A stretch of 64,000 nucleotides of DNA from an uncultured Actinomycetota bacterium (GTDB lineage: Bacteria > Actinomycetota > Actinomycetes > JAHEKZ01), in assembly GCA_963743915.1 (NCBI GenBank), contig CAVURN010000001.1:832001-896000 (forward strand). The letters are read 5' to 3'. The notes beneath the pieces are model-generated. The model saw only the letters and a program-made list of their open reading frames with translations, had not been told where the DNA came from and made no database searches. Shown here one piece after another: positions 42,839-53,238 of this stretch. A program made the position numbers and the translations under genes. Each line of letters opens with the position of its first letter. Position 1 is the stretch's first letter.

Positions 42839-43075
42839 ATGAACGACGTGAGCTTGGCGGCGTTGATCTCCGCATGCGGAACCGTGGGGGCCTTCATGCT
42901 CGTGTACCACCTCGGTAAGCGGGTCGGACGCCGAGAAGAACGAACTGAACGCCACTTGCGCATGGCGAGAGAGGACAAACTCCAACGACTGCGCGAACTT
43001 ACCTGGCACCAGGAGCGCGCCTGGCACCAGGAACACGGCCGCTCGTCAACCCCCGATACACCGTGGCGCGACTGA
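42839..43075 (+). CDS. Small single-pass membrane protein (78 aa)
   Basis: AGGGGAG RBS; N-terminal hydrophobic helix followed by a basic/charged helix. Confidence 0.6.
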   Translation: MNDVSLAALISACGTVGAFMLVYHLGKRVGRREERTERHLRMAREDKLQRLRELTWHQERAWHQEHGRSSTPDTPWRD

Positions 43076-43092
43076 GCAGCCACTGCTCAGTC
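43070..43092 (+). terminator. Hairpin at the end of the island transcript
   Basis: GACTGAGCAG-cca-CTGCTCAGTC perfect 10-bp stem. Confidence 0.6.
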
Positions 43093-43289
43093 CAGGATTC
43101 TGCACCGCACAGCGCTCGTGACCTGCACGTTTGCCGAGCACGGTCGTACAGCGCTCGGGCGTTTCGAGTGCGCGACTATCTGGACTAAGGTCCGGCGCGG
43201 CCAGTACCACGCCGTCACGATTGGCTGTCAGCAGGTTGCGCCCATCCATCTGCCAGGAACGGCTGCTGGGGATACAGCTGGTCGCAGCG

Positions 43290-44204
43290 TTAGGAGAAGA
43301 TGGAGACGCGACGCACCTCGTCGGGGGCCGGGTGAGTGAGCGAGTCTGCAGATCCGCCCTCTGCGTACTCCACGCGGTACTCAGCCGCTCTCAGGCCGTC
43401 GAGCATGCCTTCGATCATGGTGTTCGTGTCGACCTTCGTCACCTCGACGTCCTTGCCGCTGAAGCTCAACGATTGGGGGAGCCCGTTCTCGATCACGGTC
43501 ATGACCGCAGTGGTTCCCTCGTACGCCTCCTGCGGCAGGGAACCCCCGAAGTCAGTTCCCAAGAGCCTGAGGGCAAGGCCGCTGGGGAGGCTCCCGTGGA
43601 TCGTCGTGGTCGAGCCGGTCTGCTCAGCTGCGATCGGCTCGAACTCCGCCAGACCAGCGATCCACTGCTCCTCAAGGTTGGACTCGACCTTCTCGGTGGT
43701 GTCGGTGATGTCAGCGGTGATGTCGGACCACTTGGTCGGTGGCCCCGCGATTCTCTGCCATCGTGCGTAGTAGCGACCCTCGACATGGAGGTACTCGATC
43801 AACGTGTCGCCCGCTGGATCGTCGGCACGAGAGGAAGCGTGAAAGGCACCGGTCGCCGGCATCCAGAGGATCTCCGCGAGCATCGGGATCGGGAGGTCCC
43901 ACGACCCTTGGTCGTTGTGCATCGTGACATCGACCGCCTCCAGGTGGTTCATGGCCGCCATGGCATCGGCCAGCTGACGTTCAGCAGCTGCACTGTCGAG
44001 CTGGACCGTCTCGCCCTCCGGGGGCGTGGTGGCACTCGACGGCACTGCGGTCGGCGATGCTGGTGTCGACTGGGTCCCTGCGTCCACTGAGGCTGCGATG
44101 TCAGTCGGGCTCGTGGGTGACTCAGCCTCCCCGCACCCTGCGGTCAGGCCAGCTGTCAGGACCGCCATGGCAGCGACGGAGCGCAAGCGTCCGGGCATGG
44201 TCAT
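43290..44204 (-). CDS. Lipoprotein, possibly LppX/LprG-like fold
   Basis: LTAGC lipobox, Ser/Thr/Pro linker, beta-rich body; fold assignment is tentative. Confidence 0.65.
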   Translation of the reverse strand: MTMPGRLRSVAAMAVLTAGLTAGCGEAESPTSPTDIAASVDAGTQSTPASPTAVPSSATTPPEGETVQLDSAAAERQLADAMAAMNHLEAVDVTMHNDQGSWDLPIPMLAEILWMPATGAFHASSRADDPAGDTLIEYLHVEGRYYARWQRIAGPPTKWSDITADITDTTEKVESNLEEQWIAGLAEFEPIAAEQTGSTTTIHGSLPSGLALRLLGTDFGGSLPQEAYEGTTAVMTVIENGLPQSLSFSGKDVEVTKVDTNTMIEGMLDGLRAAEYRVEYAEGGSADSLTHPAPDEVRRVSIFS

Positions 44205-44295
44205 GGTCACCCCCGTCGCTGTCGAGGGGCCCAGGGTACGCGCGAGGTGCCGTGAGTTGGAGCGGAATCGCGCACTCGAAGAGCAGGATTGGCGC

Positions 44296-44988
44296 ATGGT
44301 GACTGCAGCGGTCCGCCGCGTCGACTTCGGGCACTTCGTCCGTCCGGTCCGGGAGACGGGTACGGGGGCTCCACGTGTCGAGGCCCTGCTGGGGTACGTG
44401 GTCGAGCATTCCGGTGGCGTTCTCCTCTTCGACACGGGGATGGGGAGCCGTGCCGATGTCGACGCGCACTACCGCCCGACACGAACGGGTCTACCGCAAG
44501 CCTTGCGAACAGTCGGGTACCGGCTCGATGAGATCACCGAAGTAGCCAACTGTCACCTTCACTTCGATCACTGCGGCGGCAACCCAGTGCTCGCCGGGCG
44601 ACCGTTCTTCGCCCAGGCCACCGAGCTGGAGGTGGCCAGGCACGCGGAGGGCTACACAATCGAAGGACTCGTGGACCCAACGGGGTGCCGTTGGCAGGAG
44701 CTGGACGGCGAGACAGAGATCTTGCCCGGCGTCACGCTCATCCCGACACCCGGGCACACGGATGGCCACCAGTCGCTCGTGGTCCGCGGCCGCGATGGAG
44801 TCGTCATCGTCGCGGGACAGAGCCACGAGAGTGCGAGTGGGTTCGCGAGTGATGTCCTCGCCCTGAGGGCACACCGCGACGGCGTCAGCGAGCCCTTGCC
44901 GGTTGCTCCTGAGTGGATGTCGGTGCTCCTGGCGATGGATCCCGCATACGTCGTATTCGCGCACGACCACTCAATCTGGAGGCCCTGA
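44296..44988 (+). CDS. MBL-fold hydrolase, N-acyl-homoserine-lactonase family
   Basis: LFDTG, HLHFDHCGG, TPGHTDGHQS, FAHD. Confidence 0.83.
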   Translation: MVTAAVRRVDFGHFVRPVRETGTGAPRVEALLGYVVEHSGGVLLFDTGMGSRADVDAHYRPTRTGLPQALRTVGYRLDEITEVANCHLHFDHCGGNPVLAGRPFFAQATELEVARHAEGYTIEGLVDPTGCRWQELDGETEILPGVTLIPTPGHTDGHQSLVVRGRDGVVIVAGQSHESASGFASDVLALRAHRDGVSEPLPVAPEWMSVLLAMDPAYVVFAHDHSIWRP

Positions 44989-45546
44989 CCGAATCCGCTC
45001 GCCGGGGCGGTTGAAGATGCTGATCAGCTCTACGGGTCCGGCTCCCGTGCTGCCGAACCAGTGCGGCACCTGGGTGTCGAACTCAGCGGCCTCACCGACC
45101 GCCAGGACGCGGTCTTCCTCGGCCACGATGAGGCGCAGTGCTCCGGACAGCACAAAGAGCCACTCGTTGCCCTCGTGGCTTCGCCGACGAGGTTCGGACA
45201 GGCTGGAAGGGATGACGATCTTCCAGGCCTGGACCGCGTTCGGTTCTGTGGTCAGCGGAATCACCGTTCGCTCCTTCACGCGGCGGGGGCGCATCCAGAT
45301 GCGCGGATCGCCGCTGTCGGGAGCACCCACAAGGTCGTCCAGCGGGATGCGATACGTCCATGCAAGGGGAAGAAGGAGCTCGAGACTGGGTCGTCGCTGA
45401 CCGGTCTCGAGACGTGACAGCGTGCTCTTGGAGATGCCGGTCGCCTCGGACGCCTCGACGAGCGTCAGACCGCGAGTCTTCCGGATACCGCGGAGCCGGC
45501 GACCGACGCCGGTGAGGGAAGCATCGATCTGGCTAGCCTGATCCAT
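44971..45546 (-). CDS. XRE-HTH/cupin regulator
   Basis: GISKSTLSRLETG; HEGNEWLFVLSG; FDTQVPHWF. Confidence 0.9.
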   Translation of the reverse strand: MDQASQIDASLTGVGRRLRGIRKTRGLTLVEASEATGISKSTLSRLETGQRRPSLELLLPLAWTYRIPLDDLVGAPDSGDPRIWMRPRRVKERTVIPLTTEPNAVQAWKIVIPSSLSEPRRRSHEGNEWLFVLSGALRLIVAEEDRVLAVGEAAEFDTQVPHWFGSTGAGPVELISIFNRPGERIRSGPPD

Positions 45547-45623
45547 GGGGTCATTCCATCGGTTCGTTCCCAGGAATGGCAACAAACGTTGTTCACTGGC
45601 TGGGTCCCCAGCACGCTGGGCTC

Positions 45624-46558
45624 ATGGATGAATACGACGTCGTAGTGATCGGCGGAGGGGCCGCAGGGCTCTCGGCCGCGCTGGTGCTCTCCCGGGCACG
45701 CCGGGCGGTGGCCGTCGTGGACGGCGGAGCGCCGAGAAACGCCCCTGCAGCTCACATGCACGGGTACCTCTCCCGCGACGGCCTCCCACCCAAGGACCTC
45801 CTGGAGATCGGTCGCCGGGAGGTGCAGACGTACGGCGGAACTCTCCTCGACGACTCCATCGCTGACGCAGCGATCCGACCCACGGGCCATGGGACACCCG
45901 CCTTCGAGCTGGCCAGAAGCGATGGGCCCACCCTGAGGGCGAGGCGGGTCCTGGTGGCCACCGGCCTTCGCGACGTCATCCCCGAGATCAAGGGAGCCCC
46001 CGAGCGGTGGGGACGAGACTTTCTCCACTGTCCGTACTGCCACGGGTACGAAGTCCGCGACCAGCCGTTGGCCGTCATCGGAGGCTCGGCAGAGGCAGTG
46101 CAGCATGCCTTGCTCATCCGCCAATGGTCCTCCGACGTCGTGCTCCTGACCCATGGAGAGGAGCTCACCTCGGAGTCAGAGCGACTGCTCGCCGCCAGAG
46201 GCGTCCCTGTTGTGCGTGGACCAGTAGATCGGCTCGTCGTGCAGGACGACCAGTTGGCCGCGGTTGAGCTTGCCGGCGGTCGCCAGGTGCCGGTGAAGGC
46301 AGCGTTCGTCCGCCCCAGCTTCGTGCCGAACGATGCCCTCCTCTCCGGTCACTGGGCTGCGAACGAGACGGCGCCGGTTGGGTCGTCACGGACCCGGTGG
46401 GTCGCACCTCGGTCGCAGGCGTGTGGGCGGCGGGGAACGTGGTCGACCCACGTGCCCAGGTGATCACTGCGGCTGGTCAAGGATCGGCAGCCGCCATCGC
46501 ACTGAACGCAGACCTCATCGAAGAGGACATCGCAAGAGCAGTCGCTGCCCGCGCCTAG
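45624..46558 (+). CDS. Thioredoxin-reductase-like FAD oxidoreductase (frameshift near 46350)
   Basis: GGGAAG, HCPYCHGYE, GVWAAGNV. Confidence 0.87.
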
Positions 46559-46610
46559 CTCTCCGTCAGCAATCGCAGTCGACCAATCGCAAGAGTTGGG
46601 AGAAACCACC

Positions 46611-46880
46611 ATGCACAGCAATGCCCCGGCGGGCCCGTTGCCACCGCCCTCCAAGCACCAGATGGCCATGATGATCTGGCTCGCAGTGTTCCCCACGCTG
46701 CTGGCCTTGAACCTCACCGTGGGCAAGGTCATCGACGATCTGCCCATGACGGCGCGAACGTTCGTTCTCGCCACCATCGCGGTACCGATCGTCATCTATG
46801 GTCTGATGCCGCAGCTGCACCGTCTTCGGGCGCGACTCGTAGCGGCACGGACCTCTCCCTCGCGCGCGAGGGCTGCCTAA
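46611..46880 (+). CDS. Small two-TM membrane protein
   Basis: PPSKHQMAMMIWLAVFPTL; GGAGA RBS. Confidence 0.7.
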   Translation: MHSNAPAGPLPPPSKHQMAMMIWLAVFPTLLALNLTVGKVIDDLPMTARTFVLATIAVPIVIYGLMPQLHRLRARLVAARTSPSRARAA

Positions 46881-47051
46881 GATTTCGCCGTGCGCTCCTG
46901 ATTACGCGGCGTGACATTTGTGGTCCGTGCGGTGGAGTGAACCGTGGTTTTCCGGACGTTGGTCTCGCGTGATGTCACTCTCTGTGTTGGCGGGACGAGG
47001 TCCTGCTCTCGGGGCAGGGAATCGACGATCGGCCAACGACCAGGAGAATTC

Positions 47052-47411
47052 ATGAAGCGCTTCGCCATCTACACCGTGGCTGCGGCCACCGCACTGACCG
47101 GAACCGTGTTGCTCGGAACCGGTGCGCAGGCCACGACCGACCACTGCGACTCGACGCTCTACCCGAACAAGGTGGAGCTCGACAACGGTGGCACCTCAGT
47201 CGACACCGGACTTGCTGAGGGCACGGAGGTCTGCATCAAGGCCGGCACGAAGACGGTCGTCGTGTTCGTCGACGGCGACGGGTTCATCACCCAGAGCACC
47301 ATCAAGAACAAGCCCGGCAACGCCTTCCTCGGCATCAGCTACTACGCCTACGGGGACGAGGAGTGCGAGAACACCGACTCGTACTCCGGCGACTGCGATG
47401 ACCCTTCCTGA
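47052..47411 (+). CDS. Small secreted protein
   Basis: CAGGAG RBS, signal peptide ending AQA, four Cys. Confidence 0.75.
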   Translation: MKRFAIYTVAAATALTGTVLLGTGAQATTDHCDSTLYPNKVELDNGGTSVDTGLAEGTEVCIKAGTKTVVVFVDGDGFITQSTIKNKPGNAFLGISYYAYGDEECENTDSYSGDCDDPS

Positions 47412-47422
47412 ATCGCGACGAC

Positions 47423-47454
47423 TGCCGGCTCCCTCAGCCTCGGGGGAGCCGGCA
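47423..47454 (+). terminator. Hairpin terminator
   Basis: TGCCGGCTCCC / GGGAGCCGGCA. Confidence 0.7.
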
Positions 47455-47518
47455 ATCGCATGTCTGTGCCTGCCGCTGAAGGATTGCCGTGGCGTGGGGA
47501 CGGTGCCAGGGTGACCCG

Positions 47519-49332
47519 GTGACCGAAGACATCCCTCGCTGGGAACAACGCATCCGGGCTCCGCAGCTGCTCTCCTTCAGCCTGCTCGGCCCTCCCGTGT
47601 CCTGGGCCACCGACCGCTCCGATCGCGGAGTGCTGCTCTCGACACTGGGCGGTCGGGCGGAGGTCTTCGCCTTCGATGCGTCGTCGGTCCCGGCGTCCCT
47701 GACGAAGATCACCGACCGGCCCCAGGGCACCATGGGAGCAGCCATCTCTCCCGACGGCTCGGCGGTGTTCTGGTTCGACGACAGTGCCGGAGACGAGGTG
47801 GGGCGTTGGCGGCGTCACGATCTGCGCGACGGTGCTGAGGTCACGCTGCTCCCGGAGCAGCCGGCGACGTACGGCGCGGGAATCCACCCCTTGCCCGAGG
47901 GAGGCGCCGTTCTCGGACGCCTGCTCGACGAGGGATTCGAGATTAGCCGTCGTGGACGCCACCGGATCGGGTCGGGTGGCCTACAGCCTCGGGGAGCCTG
48001 CCTTCCTGGTCGACGCCACCTCTGACGCCTCGCTGGCGTTGGTGGGCTTCGCCCCTGGCGGTGACTGGCTCCATCTGGGGGCTCGTGTCGTCCGGCTCTC
48101 CGACGGTGCGGTGATCGCGGAGCTGGCACGTGAGGGCAAGAACCTGGAGGCAGTCGGCTTCCACCCCAAAGACCCTTCGCGCGTGCTGCTGGGCCACGAG
48201 CCCGACAGCCGCGTGGTGCCGATGATCTGGGACACGACCACCGGGGCCTGCGGTGACGTGTCAACGGGGCTGGACGGCGACGTGTCGGCTCACTGGTCCC
48301 CGGATGGCACCGCTCTGCTCCTCACGGCGCTTCGCAATGCCCGGCACACCCTCCACCGGCTGGACCTCGAGTCCGGCCAGGTGACCGCAGTACCCCTCCC
48401 GACGGGATCAGTCTCGGTGGCCTCCGCCCGGCCCGACGGCTCGGTGCAGGCTCTGATGTCCAGCGCGGATCGTCCGACCTCGCTCATCCGCATCGACGAG
48501 CGACGGCGCGGTCACCGACCTCGTCTCCCTCCCGGGGGCGGCGCCACCCGAGAGCGTGGCCGCCGAGGACGTCTTCGCCGAAGGGCCGGACGGGCAGGTC
48601 CACGGCCTGCTGTACCGGCCGCGCGAGGGCGACTGCCCCGTACCCGACCGTGTTCGCGATCCACGGCGGCCCGACGGCGCAGGACTTCGACTCCTGGAAC
48701 GACACCATTGCCGCCTACGTCGACCTGGGATACGCGGTCGTGCGGGTCAACTACCGGGGCTCGACCGGCTACGGGGCTGCCTGGCGTGACGCTCTGCACC
48801 GTCGCGTGGGCTTCATCGAGCTCGAGGACATCAGCGCGGTCCGCGAGGCCCTCGAGTCCGAGGGGATCGTCGACCCTGGCCGGGTGAGCATCGCCGGCGG
48901 TTCGTGGGGTGGGTACCTGACGCTGATGGCACTCGGACTGCAGCCGGAACGCTGGCGCTCAGGAGTGGCGCTGGTGCCCCTTGCCGACTGGTTCACCGCC
49001 ACCGAGGACTCGCCCCCCTTCATGAAGGCGTACGACCGGTCGCTGTTCGGGGCGGGCATCGAGGAGATCCCCGACGTCTACCGTGACTCGTCACCGCTCA
49101 CATACGCGGACAGGGTCACCGCACCCGTCTTCGTCACGGCCGGCGAGAACGACCCACGCTGCCCGGTCGACAGGTCGACCTGTACGTCGAGGCCCTGCGT
49201 AAGCGTGGTCACGACGTCCGCTACGACCGCCTCGAGACGGGTCATGCGATGCCGGACCTCGACATGAAGGTCACCGAGATCCGCCGCGTGCTGGAGTTCC
49301 TGACGGAGACGAACCCGAGCTCGACGGCATGA
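47519..49332 (+). CDS. S9 prolyl-oligopeptidase/acylaminoacyl-peptidase (several frameshifts)
   Basis: IHGGP, NYRGSTGYG, GGSWGG nucleophile motif, GENDPRCP, TGH. Confidence 0.85.
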
Positions 49333-50535
49333 GTGACGTCTATGTGCACATCGGTCTGCCCAAGACCGGTACGACCTCGATCCAGCTGGCCCTGAAGGAG
49401 AGCGCTCCGGCGCTGGCTGCACACGGTGTCGAGCTCAGCGGGGGCAGGCACCGGGTGCAGCGACTGGCGGTCTACGACCTGCTCGGCAGGCGGATCGAGG
49501 GTGATGAGGTGCACGACGTCGCGGGTGCTTGGAAGCACCTCGTCGAGCAGATCGACGCGTCAGCGGCACCGACGGCGATCCTCTCCGAGGAGCTCTTGAC
49601 GGTGAGCCGACCTCGGCAGATCCGGAGCCTCGTCAAGTCCCTCTCGGCTCATCGAGTCTTCGTGGTCATCGGTGTGCGCGACTTCGGACGGTCGATCCCG
49701 TCGGCGTGGCAGCAAGAGGTGGTCAAGGGGCACAGCTTCACGTGGAGCGAGTTCGCTGCCGCGATTCGCGATCCTGTCGGAGGGCCCGGCGACCGCCGGT
49801 GTGTCCTTCCGCCTGCGGTTCGACCTGTTGCGCATCCTCGACACCTGGGAGCGCGTCATACCCCGCGAGCGGATCCGGCTGGTGACGGTCCCCCCGCCGG
49901 GCAGCCCCTCAGACCTCCTGCTCGACCGGTTCGGGGAGGTGCTCGGTGTTCCTCACGGAACCCTGCGGGGGCAGGTCCAGAAACGCAACGAGGCGCTCGG
50001 GGCCGTCGAGGTCGAGGTTCTGCGGCGGCTCAACACGATCCTGAAGTCCGAGCTGAGCCCCGCTCAGCACATCGCGGTCGTCCAAGGTGCGCTCCGCACC
50101 GGACTTGCCGGACGCGAAGGGTCACGACGCCTGACGCTGCCTCAGGAGGAGCTGCCCTGGGTCGAGGAGTGGACCAAGGACCTGGTCGCCGAGCTGTCGG
50201 CACGTGCTTACCGGGTGCACGGGGACCTGACAGACCTGGAGCCGGTCCTCGGGAGCCCTGGGGAGCGATCCCTCGACGACGTCACGGAGGCCGAGCTCCT
50301 CGAACCCACCGAGGCGGCGCTGCGCGCGCTGTCCTTCTCCTATGCGTCCCTGTGGAAGCGGCACCAGCGACTCAAGGGGCGCCAGGAGGGCGACGCATCG
50401 GTGGCGACACGGCTGACCAGCTCGGCCCGAGCGGCCTCGTTCGGCGTCCGGATGTCTGCGTTGGACCAGGCCGACCGGAATCGTTTCCTCGGCTGGCTGT
50501 CGCGCGTCTACCTGCGCGTCACGTCGCGTCGCTGA
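49329..50535 (+). CDS. Sulfotransferase-like P-loop protein (frameshift near 49780)
   Basis: VHIGLPKTGTTSIQ, ILSEE, SAWQQ; ATGA overlap with the peptidase. Confidence 0.75.
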
Positions 50536-50566
50536 CCAGCATCCGCTGGGACGGACAAGAGTTCGG

Positions 50567-51322
50567 TCAGACCGTCGCCGAGACCGTCCAGGCACGCGCT
50601 CGGGTGGTGAACGGCCCCCTGCCCATCGACGAGAGGCACCGTTCACGCAGCTCGAGTCGGGCTTCGGGGGACAGCTGGGCCACGAAGTGCCCGGCCGGTC
50701 CGACGCCGAGAGTGAAGGGCTCCCACCATTCCTCGAACGATTCGTGGTGCACCTCCACCGTCAACGCGGTCGATCGAGCGACACGCAGACCCGAGCGTTC
50801 GAAGAGGAGCTCGAGCGATCCCTCGGCGACCCCTGCGAGCGTCGACTCGTCGTCGATGTCCACGCACATGTGCCGAGCGCTGTTCCAGAAGGGCTCGAGG
50901 GGGCCAGTCGATCCGCCACAGTCCCAGACGTTCGCTGCCACCTGCCCACCCGGACGCGTCACCCGCGCCATCTCGGACAGACCGACGACCGGGTCGGCCA
51001 TGAAGTGGATCACCAGCTGCGCCAGTGCCAGGTCGAAGGACGCGGTCGCGAAGGGCAGCTCTTCGGCGGGAGCCAGCTGCGAGTCAACTCCCGGGTACTG
51101 GCGGTGGATCGCATCGATGAAGGATGCGGAGGGATCCACCGCGGCGACCGAGGGCTCTCCGAGGAGAGCCACGAGCGTCGACGTGAGGGCACCGGGACCG
51201 CACCCCACGTCCAGCACACGCTGACCGGGGCTGACGCCGACGAACGCGATGAACTCGTGAGCCAAGGGCTCGGAGAATCGCCCCATGAAGCGCGTGTAGG
51301 CCTCGGCACTGACATCGAACAC
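50567..51322 (-). CDS. Class I SAM-dependent methyltransferase
   Basis: YTRFMGRFS, LDVGCGPG, VTRPGG. Confidence 0.9.
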   Translation of the reverse strand: MFDVSAEAYTRFMGRFSEPLAHEFIAFVGVSPGQRVLDVGCGPGALTSTLVALLGEPSVAAVDPSASFIDAIHRQYPGVDSQLAPAEELPFATASFDLALAQLVIHFMADPVVGLSEMARVTRPGGQVAANVWDCGGSTGPLEPFWNSARHMCVDIDDESTLAGVAEGSLELLFERSGLRVARSTALTVEVHHESFEEWWEPFTLGVGPAGHFVAQLSPEARLELRERCLSSMGRGPFTTRARAWTVSATV

Positions 51323-51381
51323 ACCGACATGCTCGCCCCTACTGGCAGTGACGTCCAGCGTGCAGCGGCTAGGGTCTGGCC

Positions 51382-52131
51382 GTGCTCGACTGGTACCAGC
51401 AGAACATCGGCGACAGTGGCCGCTCGGCTGCGCTCTTCGCCCTGATCGGGTTCCTGGTGACGTACGGCGTCACCAGATGGATCACTCTGCGGATTCGGGG
51501 CCGCAAGTCCTCGTCGGGGTCCGATGCTGGTGCGGTCAAGGACGTCTACATCGGTGGTGTGCACATCCATCATCAGGTGTGGGGGATTCTCCTGGTGCTC
51601 GTCGTCGGCCTCCTGGAGCTCCGGTTCCGGCCAGACGCTCCGTGGGTTGAGGTCCTGGCGCTGCTCTTCGGGGTGGGCGCAGCGTTGGCGCTCGACGAGT
51701 TCGCCCTCTGGCTCCACGTGGAGGACGTCTACTGGAGCGAAGAGGGACGCAAGTCGATCGACGCCGTCATGGTGGCTGTCGTGGTGGGCCTGGCGCTCCT
51801 GGCAGGAACCTCTCCGATCGGCGTGGACTCCAGCACCATCGACTCCGAAGGCTGGGTCGCCGCGGCCGTGATCATCCTGGTCCACATCGGATACACGGTG
51901 GTCTGTCTGTTGAAGGGGAAGATCGCCACCGGGTTGATCGGCCTGCCCGTCCCCACGCTGTCCTTCATAGGATCGATCCGTCTGGCCAAGCCGACGTCGT
52001 ACTGGGCCAAGCGCTACTACTCCGAGGCCAAGATGGCGAGGTCGCTCGCCCGCTTCGATGAGCAGCACCAGGCCCGCATCGAGAGGCTGCGCGACGTCGT
52101 CTCTGGTGGTTCCGGCCGCGCCACCGATTGA
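51382..52131 (+). CDS. Integral membrane protein (HIHH motif)
   Basis: GGVHIHHQVWG, LDEFALWLH..DVYW. Confidence 0.78.
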   Translation: MLDWYQQNIGDSGRSAALFALIGFLVTYGVTRWITLRIRGRKSSSGSDAGAVKDVYIGGVHIHHQVWGILLVLVVGLLELRFRPDAPWVEVLALLFGVGAALALDEFALWLHVEDVYWSEEGRKSIDAVMVAVVVGLALLAGTSPIGVDSSTIDSEGWVAAAVIILVHIGYTVVCLLKGKIATGLIGLPVPTLSFIGSIRLAKPTSYWAKRYYSEAKMARSLARFDEQHQARIERLRDVVSGGSGRATD

Positions 52132-52202
52132 CGGTGGATGTCGAGGCCAGCGGGCCTCACGGACGCGAGACATGTGACGCCAGGGTCGGGCATGCTTCGT
52201 CG

Positions 52203-53219
52203 ATGCCACTGCAACTGTCTGACCGAGTCCTGCCCGACGAACAACGACGTACCGTCGACGAGCTGCGTGACGACCTGGACCTGACGGCCGGCGACACACG
52301 GGCCAAGGTGTCGGCGTTCTGGACGATGCTCACGCTCTCCGCTGTGATCGCTGCGGCCGGGGTCCTGACGGACTCGACGGCGACCGTGATCGGCGCCATG
52401 ATCATCGCGCCGCTGTCGACGCCGATCATGGGGATCGCTCTCGGGATCGCCCGGCGAGACCAGAGAACGACGCGTCACGCGACGCGCTACGCGCTCCTGG
52501 GTGGTGGGCTGGTGATTCTCATCGGAGTCGCGTTCTCGTTCGCCTTGCCCGGCTCGTTCGACCTCCTCGGCAACTCCCAGATCGCCGGGCGCACGTCGCC
52601 GGGGCTGCTCGACCTCGTGGCTGCCGTCGCCACCGGGTTCGCCGGGGCGGTCGCGCTGGCACGGCGCGACGTCGCCGCCGTCCTCCCCGGCGTCGCGATC
52701 GCGATCTCGTTGGTCCCTCCGCTGGCGGTGGTCGGTGTGTGCCTCGGTCAGGGGGCGATCGCGTTGGCCGTCGGGGCTCTCATCCTGTTCGCCTCGAACC
52801 TGCTCGCCCTCGTGCTGGCCGGGACCCTGGTGTTCACCGCCGTCGGGTATGCCACCGAGGGTGAGCCCTCGGCAGGAGGTGCTCGGCGGCGGGCCTACCT
52901 CGCGATCGGCGTCATGCTCACGGTGGTGCTGGTCCCACTCGTGGCCAACACCGTGAGCACCCTTCTGGTCACGGTCTGGACGGGTCGGGTGCAGACGATC
53001 GCGGATGACTGGGCATCGTCAGTTCCGGGCGCGACCGTCAGGGACGTGACCTTCACCTCGACCGACTTCTACGTGGAGGTGCAGACACCGGAGGACGTGC
53101 CTCCCGTCGAGGATCTCCTGTCAGAGCTCGAGGGTCAGGTGCCCAACGGCTTCGGCGTCGTGGTCAGCACGTCCGTCGGCCGGGAGATCGACGTGGGCAC
53201 GATCGGCGCAGACTCGTAG
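52203..53219 (+). CDS. DUF389 membrane protein
   Basis: VIGAMIIAPL, PGVAIAISLVPPL. Confidence 0.87.
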   Translation: MPLQLSDRVLPDEQRRTVDELRDDLDLTAGDTRAKVSAFWTMLTLSAVIAAAGVLTDSTATVIGAMIIAPLSTPIMGIALGIARRDQRTTRHATRYALLGGGLVILIGVAFSFALPGSFDLLGNSQIAGRTSPGLLDLVAAVATGFAGAVALARRDVAAVLPGVAIAISLVPPLAVVGVCLGQGAIALAVGALILFASNLLALVLAGTLVFTAVGYATEGEPSAGGARRRAYLAIGVMLTVVLVPLVANTVSTLLVTVWTGRVQTIADDWASSVPGATVRDVTFTSTDFYVEVQTPEDVPPVEDLLSELEGQVPNGFGVVVSTSVGREIDVGTIGADS

Positions 53220-53238
53220 AACCTCGCGACTCCGTTGA

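Larger units (their letters stand above)
39532..43190. mobile_element. Genomic island at the sigA 3' end, with no integrase inside
   Basis: Exact 22-bp direct repeat TGCGCGACTATCTGGACTAAGG at 39532-39553 and 43169-43190; cargo visibly richer in A/T than the flanks. Confidence 0.8.

Noticed and set aside
43094-43107. 14-bp match AGGATTCTGCACCG with 25647-25660
   Set aside because: Isolated 14-mer matches are expected by chance in 64 kb.
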